This document shows positions 20,200-31,117 of a DNA stretch of 31,117 nt, piece after piece; position 1 is the first letter of the stretch; the number at the start of each line of letters is the position of its first letter. The stretch lies in NCBI GenBank assembly GCA_002269645.1, contig NIVC01002893.1:100335-131451 (forward strand), read 5' to 3'. The translations under genes were made by a program, and so were the position numbers. The notes under the pieces are model-generated. The model made no database searches and was not told the origin of the DNA. It saw nothing but the letters and a program-made list of their open reading frames with translations. This stretch comes from Macrostomum lignano (Eukaryota).

Positions 20200-20388
20200 T
20201 TAGATGGAAATCGACCCTATGAGATTCGTGTTTAGGTGGGAATCGACCCTATGAGATTCGTCTTTAAAAGGGAATCGATCCTATGAGATTCGTGTTTAGA
20301 TGGGAATCGACCCTATGAGATTCGTTCTTAGATGGGAATCGACCCTGAGATTCGTTCTTAGATGGGAATCGACCCTGAGATTCGTCCT
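20200..20388. repeat. 32-bp minisatellite (GGGAATCGACCCTATGAGATTCGTGTTTAGAT)n, about 6 copies, upstream of AGK
   Basis: Period 32 at 20221/20253/20285; each unit contains the inverted pair GAATC...GATTC. Confidence 0.88.
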
Positions 20389-21079
20389 TTCGAGAGTTAG
20401 CAATTTTTTTAAAAGAACTGAGGTTAACCAAAACCATAGTTATTGAAGGCGGACAACAAAATCTCACAGATTAATCATATAATTCTATATAACTGCACAA
20501 GTGATGACTAGGCTGAGTTTGTGACACAAAAGTGCAAGCATAATAAACATGAAAAAATTGCATAAAAATTATGTACCAATATGCAGAACAAAAAGTGTCA
20601 ATTGATGCGAAAAAACAAATAGAAAAATTACTGCAAAACTTTCATAATCATCCATCGTGACTAATATAAAATTCGAACGCAAAAGTGAAGTCTCTAATCT
20701 CCAGGAGAGATTGGCCACTCAGCAGCACATTTGCGTGTAAGCTACTTATAGTAGAAACGTTTCGAAGAAGCTTTAGAGACAAAATCTGTGCCAGATTAAT
20801 CAACAGAGAAATATGATTATGGGTTGAGCAAGATTGCATAGTAATCTCATGCTCAAATATGAGTTCAGTGTCCACGCAGATACACGAAGAAAGACAACAC
20901 TCAAAAATAGTGTAAGAAGACAACGCAACAACATGCAGCTTACTGGCAGTAGTATAGGGCGCAAAAAGTTTATTTTATTTAAAATATTTAATATCAACGC
21001 TGCTTAATACGAGTTGTACTAGAATGCCATTAAAAATATATACTGAAAAATAGAGGTGACTCAGGGGCGGTAGAGAAGG

Positions 21080-22020
21080 CAATGACCGACAGGCAATGAT
21101 CATAAGTGGTAGGGGGCAATGACCGACAGGCAATGATCATAAGGGGCAATGACAGACAGGCAATGATCATAAGGGGCAATGACAGACAGGCAATGATCAT
21201 AAGGGGCAATGACAGACAGGCAATGATCATAGGGGGGGGGGAATGACCGACAGGCAATGATCATAAGGGGGAATGACAGACAGGCAATGATCATAAGGGG
21301 GATGACCGACAGGCAATGATCATAAGGGGCAATGACAGACAGGCAATGATCATAAGGGGGGATGACCGACAGGCAATGATCATAAGGGGGAATGACCGAC
21401 AGGCAATGATCATAAGGGGGATGACCGACAGGCAATGATCAAAAAGGGCAATGACCGACAGGCAATGATCAAAAAAGGGCAATGACCGACAGGCAATGAT
21501 CATAAGGGGGATGACCGACAGGCAATGATCAAAAAAGGGCAATGACCGACAGGCAATGATCATAAGTGGTAGGGGCAATGACCGACAGGCAATGATCATA
21601 AGGGGCAATGACAGACAGGCAATGATCATAAGGGGCAATGACAGACAGGCAATGATCATAAGGGGGAATGACCGACAGGCAATGATCATAAGGGGGAATG
21701 ACAGACAGGCAATGATCATAAGGGGGGATGACCGACAGGCAATGATCATAAGGGGCAATGACAGACAGGCAATGATCATAAGGGGGATGACCGACAGGCA
21801 ATGATCATAAGGGGGAATGACCGACAGGCAATGATCATAAGGGGGGATGACCGACAGGCAATGATCAAAAAAGGGCAATGACCGACAGGCAATGATAAAA
21901 AAGGGCAATGACCGACAGGCAATGATCATAAGGGGGATGACCGACAGGCAATGATCAAAAAAGGGCAATGACCGACAGGCAATGATCACAAGAGGTAGGA
22001 GGCAATGACCAACACGCAAT
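21080..22020. repeat. 30-bp minisatellite (GGCAATGATCATAAGGGGCAATGACAGACA)n, about 30 copies
   Basis: Seen directly, 3' of the zinc-finger gene. Confidence 0.95.
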
Positions 22021-22090
22021 GACCAAAGAAAAGAATGGAGTATGGACGGACTCCCAGTGTAAACAAGCAAGTTAATCAGACACCAATCAA

Positions 22091-22574
22091 TCACTCCGGA
22101 CCGTTTGCCTGTTCCAACGCTTCGGCGCAAACTTCGCCAATAACGGCACTCTCAGACGTCTCCATCTCGGACAAGCGAGGCGCTTCGGCGTTCTTCGAAT
22201 CGACCGGCTGCTCAAGCTGGTCATCTGGCACATTCGACGCCTCCAGCTGTGGAGGCGGCAAATCCCGATTATCGTGATCCCCATTGCGATCATCAGACTC
22301 CGGCAGCTGGGGTTCGTGCTTCAAAGAATCGTTTGAATGTCGTTTAGCAACGGTGCCAGCAGCCTCGTCGTGATGCAGTCGCTGGTGCCGAGTCAGGGCG
22401 TTGATCTGCACGAACCAGGCGCCGCAGATGTCGCACTCGTGAGTAACGGCTGGCCTCACGCCGCCGGGTCCGCTGTGCACATTCTGAATGTGATTCTGCA
22501 GATGGACTCGCTGGTTGAAACGGGCGCCGCAGGTTACACAGTGTGAGTGTGGGTGCGGTAGTGTCAGGTTGCAG
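22091..22574 (-). CDS. C2H2 zinc-finger protein, exon 3 (probably last)
   Basis: Acceptor CCCGCAG|C (phase 2). Fingers CVTCGARFNQRVHLQNHIQNVH and CDICGAWFVQINALTRHQRLH. Stop TGA at 22091. Confidence 0.8.
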
Positions 22575-22639
22575 CTGCGGGACGAATTAGGGGACGCGAT
22601 TTAAGTCGGTTTGAGGCCAACATGCGATTGATCTTCAGG

Positions 22640-23465
22640 GTGGGGTTATGTGACTATTCTCACTTCTCAGGGTGAGATTGTGAGGCGAATCTCAGGGTGA
22701 GGTTGTGAGGCGATTCTCAGGTTAAGATTTTGAAGCGAATCCAGGGTGAGATTGTGACGATGAGGCGATCCTCAGGGTGAGGTTTTGTGATACTATTCTC
22801 AGGATGAGATTCTAAGGCATTCTCATGGTGAGATTATAAGGCGATTCTTGGGGTGACATTATGAGACGATTCTCAGGTGAGATTGTGAGGCGATTCTCTG
22901 GGTGAGATTGTGAGACTATTCTCAGGGTGAGGTTGTGAGGCGATTCTCAGGGTGAGGTTGTGAGGCGATTCTCAGGGTGAGATTTTGAGGCGAATCTCAG
23001 GGTGAGATTATGACGATGAGGCGATCCTCAGGGTGAGGTTGTGATACTATTCTCAGGTGAGATTGTGAGACTATTCTCAGGTGAGATTGTGAGACTATTC
23101 TCAGGTGAGATTGTGAGGCGATTCTCAAGGTGAGATTATGAGGCAATTCTTGGTGTGAGATTGTGAGGCGATTTTAAGGGTGAGATTGTGAGGCGATTTT
23201 AAGGGTGAGATTGTGAGGCGATTTTAAGGGTGAGATTGTGAGGGGATTCTCAGGGTGAGATTGTGAGGGGATTCTCAGGGTGAGATTGTGAGGCTATTCT
23301 CAGGTGAGATTGTGAGACTATTCTCAGGTGAGATTGTGAGGCGATTCACAAGGTGAGATTATGAGGCGATTCTTGTTGTGAGATTGTGAGGGGATTCTCA
23401 AGGTGAGATTGTGAGGCGATTCTAAGGGTGAGATTGAGACTTATTCTCAGGGTGAGATTTTGAGT
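22640..23465. repeat. 24-25-bp intronic minisatellite (GAGATTGTGAGGCGATTCTCAGGGT)n
   Basis: Period 25 at 23161/23186/23211. Confidence 0.92.
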
Positions 23466-23547
23466 ATTAGCGGCTGTGAAGCGGCTTAAAAATCACATTG
23501 AACAAATAAAGGGGGCGTTTTGTCCAACAGCCGGGGCAAAAACTCAC

Positions 23548-24104
23548 CGATAAGAGAATCGCTTATGACACTTGTCGCACTTGAATCTTTTATTAGTGTC
23601 GTGCAACTTCATGTGCCGCCTCAGGCTGGCCTGATGCGGAAAACAGGTGCTGCAAACTCTGCACAGCCAGGGCTTGGCGCTGTCCTCGCCAAGGTAGGCC
23701 TCGTCTTCCATTAATTCGACGCCATTTGGCGGTAGAGTATGCTGCTGCTGCTGCTTTTGGTGATGATGCTGATTGGGAGTCTGGGACTGACGGCCGATAA
23801 GTGGCGCAACGGCATCGACGCCCAGGAAAGCGGCAGCCCGAGCAACCTGGCGCTGTTGGATACCGCGTTGGCAACGGCGTTTATTATAGTTGCTATGGGT
23901 ACTGTTGTTATTGTTATTATTGTTGCCATGGAGACCGTTGGGGTAACTGGCGGCTGGCGATCTGGCAGCGGTAGAGGCAACCGGCATTGCGGTAATGTAC
24001 TCAGTAGGGAATACGGGCTGGTTAGGAATTGCGGCAATAGGCCCGTGACTGCCGCTCTCAAGCATTGAGGACAGGTTGCCAAGCAGTACGGAGTCCATTG
24101 CGAT
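23548..24104 (-). CDS. C2H2 zinc-finger protein, exon 2
   Basis: Acceptor TTACAG|ATC (phase 0). KPWLCRVCSTCFPHQASLRRHMKLH and FKCDKCHKRFSYR. Donor CG|GTGAGT (phase 2). Confidence 0.88.
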
Positions 24105-24144
24105 CTGTAATACGTAATGGTGCATAGGTTGGTTAAGGTATCGA

Positions 24145-25100
24145 GTAGCCCTATACTTTGGTGGCGGGTGGCTCTATATTGGGGTGGCGGGTAGCCCTAT
24201 ATTGGGGTGGTGGGTAGCCCTATATTGGGGTGGTGGGTAGCCCTATATTGGAGTGGCGGATAAACCAATATTGGGGTGGTGGGTAGCCCTATATTGGGTT
24301 GTTGGGTAGCCCTATATTAGGGTGGCGGTGGCCTCTATTGTATATTGGGGTGGTGAGTAACTCTATAATGGGGTGGTGGGTAGCCCTTTATTGGGATGGT
24401 GGGTAGCCCTTTATTGGGATGGTGGATAGCCCTATATTGGGGTTGCGGGTGGCCCTATATTGGGGTGGCGGGTGGCCCTATATTGGGGTGGCGGGTGGCC
24501 CTATATTGGGGTGGCGGGTAGCCCTATATTGGGTTGTTGGGTAGCCCTATATTAGGGTGGCGGTGGCCTATATTGTATATTGGGGTGGTGGGTAACTCTA
24601 TAATGGGGTGGTGGGTAGCCCTATATTGGGGTGGCGGGTAGCCCTATATTGGGGTGGTGGGTAGCCCTTTATTGGGATGGTGGGTAGCCCTTTATTGGGA
24701 TGGTGGATAGCCTTATATTGGGGTTGCGGGTGGCCCTATATTGGGGTGGCGGGTAGCCCTATATTGGGGTGGTGGGTAGCCCTTTATTGGGATGGTGGGT
24801 AGCCCTTTATTGGGATGGTGGATAGCCCTATATTGGGGTTGCGGGTGGCCCTATATTGGGGTGGCGGGTGGCCCTATATTGGGGTGGCGGATAGCCCTAT
24901 ATTGGGGTGGCGGGTAAATCAATATTGGGGTGGAGGTAAGCCCTATATTGGGTTGTTGGGTAGCCCTATATTAGGGTGGCGTTGGAGTGGTGAGTAACTC
25001 TACATATATTGGGGTGGTGGGTAGCCCTATATTGGGGTTGCGTTTGGGTGGTGAGTAACTCTATATTGGGGTGGTGGGTGGCCCTTTATTGGGGTAGCGG
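24145..25100. repeat. 23-bp G-rich intronic minisatellite (GGGTAGCCCTATATTGGGGTGG[C/T])n, about 40 copies
   Basis: Period 23 at 24181/24204/24227. Confidence 0.94.
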
Positions 25101-25234
25101 GCTAAATTAGCTAAATTGAGAATTTAAATACACAACATAGCGCTAGCTTCTAACGATGCTACTAATTAAGTAGGCACATAAGCCTGCTTACGCAATCGAG
25201 CTTATTCTTAGTTAAGCTACAGTGCTCCGGTTAC

Positions 25235-25654
25235 CTTGGACTCGATGGAGCCAGCGAGGGAGGTTGCAGCGGCCGAGACGGCAGCGGAGACGGCAGCGGA
25301 GACGGCGGCAGCGTTGGCGTGATTTTCAGTTCCGTCTACAACCGCAGGCAGAGCGGTGAGCAGCAGAGAGTCTTCAGTTTCGCCGCAGTGATAAAGCAGC
25401 CTGTGCTCCTCCATCAGGTGCTTCTCCGTGGTGACGGCGCTGCAAACGGCGCAGGTGTGCAGGGTGTAGAATATTGGCTCGCCAGGATGCGCCTCGGCGA
25501 TGTGCTGCTGCAGCCGCTTCTGGGCCAGGGTTAGAAAAGTGCACTGGGGACAGCGCAACACGTGCACCAGCATCTTGTCCAGGTTGCCCAGCTGTAGTTG
25601 TTGTTGCTGCTGCTGCTGCTGCGGAAGCAGCGGTTCGACAGCGGCAGATGCCAT
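25235..25654 (-). CDS. C2H2 zinc-finger protein, exon 1
   Basis: ATG at 25654, poly-Gln tract, fingers CPQCTFLTLAQKRLQQHIAEAH and CAVCSAVTTEKHLMEEHRLLYH. Donor AAG|GTAACC (phase 0). The three exons total 1461 nt (486 aa). Confidence 0.88.
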
Positions 25655-26930
25655 TGCTGTAATTTATTGCTGCTGCCAGGGATCACTCAAGCTGAAATTT
25701 ATTAACTCGATAAATTAATAATCCTATTTGGATTAAGAAAATGGCGATTAGCAATTTATTAAGAGACGCGCAAAAATTGTCAGACCGAGAAGCGAGTCCG
25801 GAACTCAATATTTTGATGAAGATATTTATATACATTTATGCGAGCGTGTGAGTGTGCGGTCCTTTCCTTTCTCTCTCTCTCTCTCTCTTGGGAAGAGCAT
25901 CTTAGCGAGGGGGTCTGGCAATGCGAGTGGAGGATACAAGGGAGAGTGGCAGTGAGAGAGGGAGGGAGAGACAGACAGACAGAAGAGAAAGAGACTACGA
26001 AGCAAAGGGAGAAAAAGGGTCCCTTTTCCCTTCTCCCCCCCCACAAGCCATTCCCCGATCCCATTCTAGAGTTGAAGGATTTGTGTGTGTATGTGAGGGG
26101 GGAAAGACAGACAGAACAGAGAGAAAGAGAAAAGAGAGAGGGGATCTAGGATGAGGTTGGCGCCCGGCTGCTTCCTTTTTTGCCTCGCCCCCATTTCGCC
26201 CTGAGTCTGCTGGCCTTTATACACACTTAGGAGGGGAAAAGGGGAGCTGGCTGGCGCAGTTTGGGCAGAGTAGAAAAAAAGAAGAAAGAGAACTGAAAGG
26301 ATACAGAAGGGAGCGACCTAACACACTGCGGAATGATGGAAATAGGAGAGGCTGAGGGGAGCGAAGTCCCCCGCAATACGCCCTTCTCTTCTGAACAACA
26401 TTCAGTCATTCTATCTCATTTTCTCTGCCTGTCTCCGTTCGCGATTCTTTCAGCTGCTTTCTATTTTTTTCTCCCCAATAGCCTGGCAACTCCGTCCCTC
26501 AGTTCGGCGCGGGATGGGCTGGAACAGAAGTACGAGGAAAGCATAAAAAAGAGAGAAAGGCAAAGGAAGCACACAACACTCACACGAATGCGCTGAGAGA
26601 TAGACAGAGAGAAAGAGTGACAGAAAGAGCTGGGCAAGACAGGAAAGTCAGCAAAAAGAAGAAAGGCAAGACTACCCCCCCCCTCTCCGAAGGGAAAAGT
26701 AAAGTCGAGCGCCTGAGCGCGCGCACAAAACAAGTAAGAGAAAAAAGGAGAAAAAACTGTAGAGATGGAAAAGGGTGGAAAACCAGACCGGGCAGGGGGG
26801 GGGGGGTGGGGGTGGAGAAGCAAAGAAACAAATTCGCGTCCAGTAAAAAAGGAAAAGAAAGTACGTAAGAGACTACAGAGACGAGATAGGGAGAAGGAGA
26901 GGATAGAGGGAGAGAGGATGAGAGACGGAA

Positions 26931-26933
<3 letters not shown>

Positions 26934-27022
<89 letters not shown>
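26934..27022. repeat. (GA)n microsatellite, about 44 units, within a purine-rich (plus-strand) region upstream of the zinc-finger gene
   Basis: Seen directly. Confidence 0.97.
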
Positions 27023-27027
<5 letters not shown>

Positions 27028-29319
27028 TATAGTGATAATAATATAGAATATAGTGATGAAGGGCAAACCCCTCGGAGCTTAAGGAGATAAAGAGAAAGCG
27101 ATAGCCAAAATCGATTTAGCGAGCCTCGAGACGAAAAAAACACACACAACACAAGAGAGGCAGGACGGAAGAGAATGGGGGAGTGGAGAGAAGACGGAGA
27201 GCAAGGGTGGTTGAAGTGGTGAAAAAGAGAAATATGGGCCTAGGCGAGCAAAGGCAACACGCAGCAGGGAATACGAGACGCGCAGAGAATGCTTTGCATT
27301 TCCAATTCTAAACCAGAGCGCCCAACCTTAGAGATGCTGTCCTAAGTCCTCAGTCCTCAGTCACCTTTTAGTTAGGCAGTGAGCAGGCTTGAGAAGATTG
27401 TATCCTCGCTGCTCCGAGCCGTTCCACTCTTTCCTAGCGATTCTACTTCTACTTAAGATATGATTTATGATGAGTCTGTAAGCTCTCTATTTGCTACAAA
27501 TGGTTTCCGTCTATATGAATTGCTGTTTACTTTTACTGCTCCACAAACATACAACAACACACCGAAATAGCTGAGTTTTTTTCGATTGATGCCCACTTTT
27601 TAAACTTGTAGTTAAGAACTTTCATTTTGTTAAATAAGTTCTATTAAAGATCTTGGGCGTTAAAGTTCGACACACTTCTCCGCATTACTTCTTGAATAGG
27701 GGATTGGAATGGGTCTGTGACATCTTTGCACCCATCACTAGTTAGACTGCATAGACACTTTAAAAGGCAAAGCCAGCATCAATAACATTCTGTACTTTGA
27801 ATTTGGAATGCTTTCCATAATTATCAGCCTACTAATAGTAGTCTATAGTTTGAAATTCTAACAGAATTACTAGCAGACTAGTATTGAAAATTTTATTTTT
27901 AAACTTACACAATGGCTCTTTGAAAGATTAGTTCAAACACAAGTGGTTTACAAAGTGGTTTAGGTGTCACTTATAAAAAAATCTGGGTATTTTATAGCTA
28001 TAATTAATATAAACTTGTAGTTGTTAAGTGAAATAATTTATAGGGTTTTTAACCATGATAGATTTTTTTCAATTTAGCATTATTTAAATTTTAATGTTCT
28101 TTCCATAGATTTTTATCAATGTAGAAGGCCTTCATTATTTTTTGCTTTTAATAAAACTTTGTACAAAATAAATTTCTTGAGAATCTACAAGAAATAATTT
28201 GTTCAAATATATAGATAATTTTCATACTACTTGCATTTGCTTTTTAATTTAAATGAACCACAGATTTAGTAAAATAGATATAATTTTTAGCAATACAGTA
28301 TCAACTAACAGCTTAGTGACTAACTTTGTAATTGCTTATTGAAAGGCCTGCCGCCTGGTCTAGTGTGAAGTGTGTTAAAAATAAATATTGAGAATTGTTT
28401 AATGACAATAAAATTTTCTGAGTGAAGTTAAAGAAAAACATACTATATATACTATTAATAAGTAGAATACTAAAGAGATCAAAGTAAAATAAAGAAAAAC
28501 TTAAAAATATATACACTGTATATATAATAAGGTTATGACCTTCAAATCTTAGTAAAGCCTAAGGACTGGATAGTTGAATACCTAGATAACTACGAGCTAC
28601 TAAGAGATTTATAAAAAGAGTTATTCTTGGAAAAAAGAAATTCCACACTAGTAATAGACCAATTGGTATAATAAAAATGCTACAAACATAACAATAGGTG
28701 CGACTATGAAGTAAGAAATATTAGGCATATAGTTAAACTTTTTTCACACTTATTCTAATAATTATGCTCAGAGTTACTCTTGAGAACTTAGGTTAAAAGC
28801 CAGTAAATATATTACAGTCTTGTTATAAATTAGTGACCTTTATTAAAATAACTTAAGAGAGAATCATAACATTTGATATAACTTACTAGCAATGACAAGA
28901 TTTGAAATTAAGTCAACTCTATAACAATTTTGGTAGCAACAATAGAAAATTTTAAAAGGACAAATCTAAATATACTAAATAAAGAACTACTATAATAACT
29001 TTGGCTGCTTTGAAATAGAAGCATTGCAATAACTAATTATATTTATATTAGTAAATCATTCTTAAATGTCTATCCTTTTTTTATTCAATCTTCACTTATT
29101 TTTAAAAACAAAACCTCTAAACTATTCTACAACTTTTTTAATAGCATATTCAAGTGTTTTTTCTCCAAGGTTATTAGTAGTTTTTGTCAAATAATTAAAG
29201 TCAAGTATTACCTTATGCTTTATTTCCATATCATTTATCATTTCAACTACTTTGTTAACTAGAGCATTTCTCTGACCAGAGCAAAGCATCACTAGAAGAC
29301 TAAAAAGCACTTGGGAAAT

Positions 29320-29620
29320 GGGCCATAGCCCAGCGGTAGCGCAGCTGCTCTGGTGTGCCGCGACCCAGGCTCGATTCCAAGTGCAGCCACATTAATTTGG
29401 GGCTGGATTGGAATCTTGGCTTGGCTCAATTGTGCAATTAACGGCCTTGAGAGCCAACCCCCCAAGGCGCAGTGAAGTGTACATGCCTAACAATTGATAA
29501 AGTTAGGGCCGCTGTACACTCCTATGTGAGTGTGTGCTTGCGTAACATATCCGCGCGCTTGTATGCCTGCTCAAGGGAGTCGGCAGAATTTTATCTGCTG
29601 TCAGTTTATCTGATAGTGAT
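29320..29620 (+). mobile_element. tRNA-derived SINE-like element (tRNA-like head 29320-29389 plus GC-richer body)
   Basis: Pol III A-box-like TAGCCCAGCGG (29326-29336) and B-box-like GGCTCGATTCC (29368-29378) at tRNA spacing. Acceptor and anticodon stems do not pair properly. The GC-rich body continues about 230 bp within AT-rich flanks. No TSD found. Confidence 0.65.
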
Positions 29621-31117
29621 TTAGCTGCAAAAATATGATATAGTTATTTTGTCTACTACAAAATATTTAATATAATATCAGTGCTATAGAATTAAAATAA
29701 GATAGTAATAGGATAATAGACTTATTTTTTTAATAAGTGATAATTAAAAACTATTATTAGAAATATAAGCATATCTAAAATAATAATTCCCATACATCTT
29801 ACCACTAATTATTTTGTTTATATTTTTAACAACTTATCAATGGTTGATTGAAATTTTGGTTGAAAAATTGGTTGATTGATTAAAAATCATCTAATTAAAA
29901 ATGCAGTCATCCATTAAAATACACTGATAAAAAGATGGTTAAAATAAAAATTGCTTTCATTTGCACTGCCTTAAAATAACATCTAGAAAATGAGACAAGA
30001 GGTCAAGGCATACTTTAGATAGAAGAAAATGTTTAAATGTGTCTATATTCCTAGTGGTTTAAGTAAAAGAATTTGAGCCTTAAAATTATGCCTTTAAATA
30101 GATACAAAGTACAATTTTATACTGTCTGGCAAAAAACCCAGTCTATCATTTTATTAGTATTCAAATTGATTGGTAGTCCAATTGTCTACATCCAAATCAA
30201 ATAGTGATAGTAAAATCATAGCAATTCATTATTGTACACCTTCTATTACATGTAGAGCAATATTACCTTTAAAGCAAAGGCAAAGATTTGTTATATCTAT
30301 ATCACTCAGCTTTGTAACATAGGTAGAAGTAGAACTTATTTTTACTTTTAACAATAAACAATAGATAGAAACCCTTGTTATAACTTTTTTTCCTATAGCC
30401 TGGGACAAGGGAATACAATCTAGAGATCCCAAGATCCTGAATAGGCCAAGATCCTTGATTAGGCCTAAATCCTAGGATCACAATTGTCTAGGTCTAGGAT
30501 TAGAAAATCCTAGGATTTCCCTTTGGGATCTTAATCCCACTTTGCAATGATTAAATCATTCATTCCTAAGTAATAACATTTATAATAAAGATAAGACACA
30601 TTCCAAAATATAAGCATCAAATTGAATTGATCAAATATTCAGTTTGAATTGAAATTAGAGAGCTGACAATCTAAATACTAAATAATTACTTTATTGTAGG
30701 GTGAAGATTTGGAGCAAATCAATATTTGAATATTGGTCCTTGTGGCTCATAAATAAAAAGAAGGAATAAGGGATAAAAAGGAATTAGAAGATTAAGGACT
30801 GAGAAGTTTGCATTTAAAGAGTTAAGAGTTTTAGGGGTTGTTGGATTGTGACTCATAAATGAAGAAAGGAATTTAGGATGGGAATAACACATATAACTTC
30901 TTAAAGAAAGGCAGGGATACATGAGCAATTTCAAGCATAGCATGCTTAGATTGAGTAGTAAGGCTTTAGGAGGCTTGGGGGCTTTAAGAACCTTAGAGTC
31001 TTTAAAAATGGAGCACTAAGATTGATTAGTAAATTACTTAAGTAGTTTTCTACCTTCAAAACTCTGGCCATAGTTTGGATTAGAACAATGGGACTTTGCT
31101 TTTTGACTATAACCCAA

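Noticed and set aside
21030-22130. MIIACRSLPL / PYDHCLSVI repeat ORFs
   Set aside because: Products of a 30-bp array; no unique coding sequence or splice support.
3495-25100. Regular 20-36-bp repeats as CRISPR arrays
   Set aside because: Units are head-to-tail with no unique spacers, no cas genes, and the context is eukaryotic and intron-rich.
26227-27152. Ser/Leu- and Arg/Glu-rich ORFs
   Set aside because: Artefacts of the (GA)n microsatellite and purine-rich sequence.
29320-29389. Functional tRNA gene
   Set aside because: Acceptor and anticodon stems do not pair; treated as a SINE head.
28500-31117. Possible decayed retroelement or transposase fragments in the AT-rich right end (e.g. DWIVEYLDNYEL, CYKHNNRC)
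   Set aside because: Many stops and no diagnostic motif I can support; needs a translated profile search.

Overview
Eukaryotic (animal) genomic DNA, not prokaryotic. GC-rich, poly-Ala/poly-Gln-rich exons are separated by AT-rich introns that each contain their own minisatellite. This architecture resembles the flatworm Macrostomum lignano (taxon is inferred, not proven). Four spliced genes can be rebuilt by hand, all on the minus strand, each with GT-AG junctions whose phases give an open frame. From right to left they are a C2H2 zinc-finger protein (25654-22091), acylglycerol kinase AGK (20074-12541), an ankyrin-repeat SOCS-box protein (11350-9692) and TADA3/Ada3 (about 6515-2856). A probable fifth gene runs off the left edge. 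The standout feature is a 2,139-bp element (12919-15057) in the last AGK intron. It has Polinton/Maverick-type termini: AGTAGT...ACTACT ends, about 185-bp TIRs and a perfect 6-bp TSD (CCTAGA). Its only recognisable cargo is a frameshifted adenain-like cysteine protease, which the ORF track shows only in part. Also present are a 206-bp hAT-type MITE with an 8-bp TSD, a tRNA-derived SINE-like element and about 15 tandem arrays. Several arrays appear to be seeded from the adjacent splice donor. Most long ORFs in the supplied track are repeat artefacts. All alignments and counts were done by eye; family assignments come from remembered motifs, not database searches.
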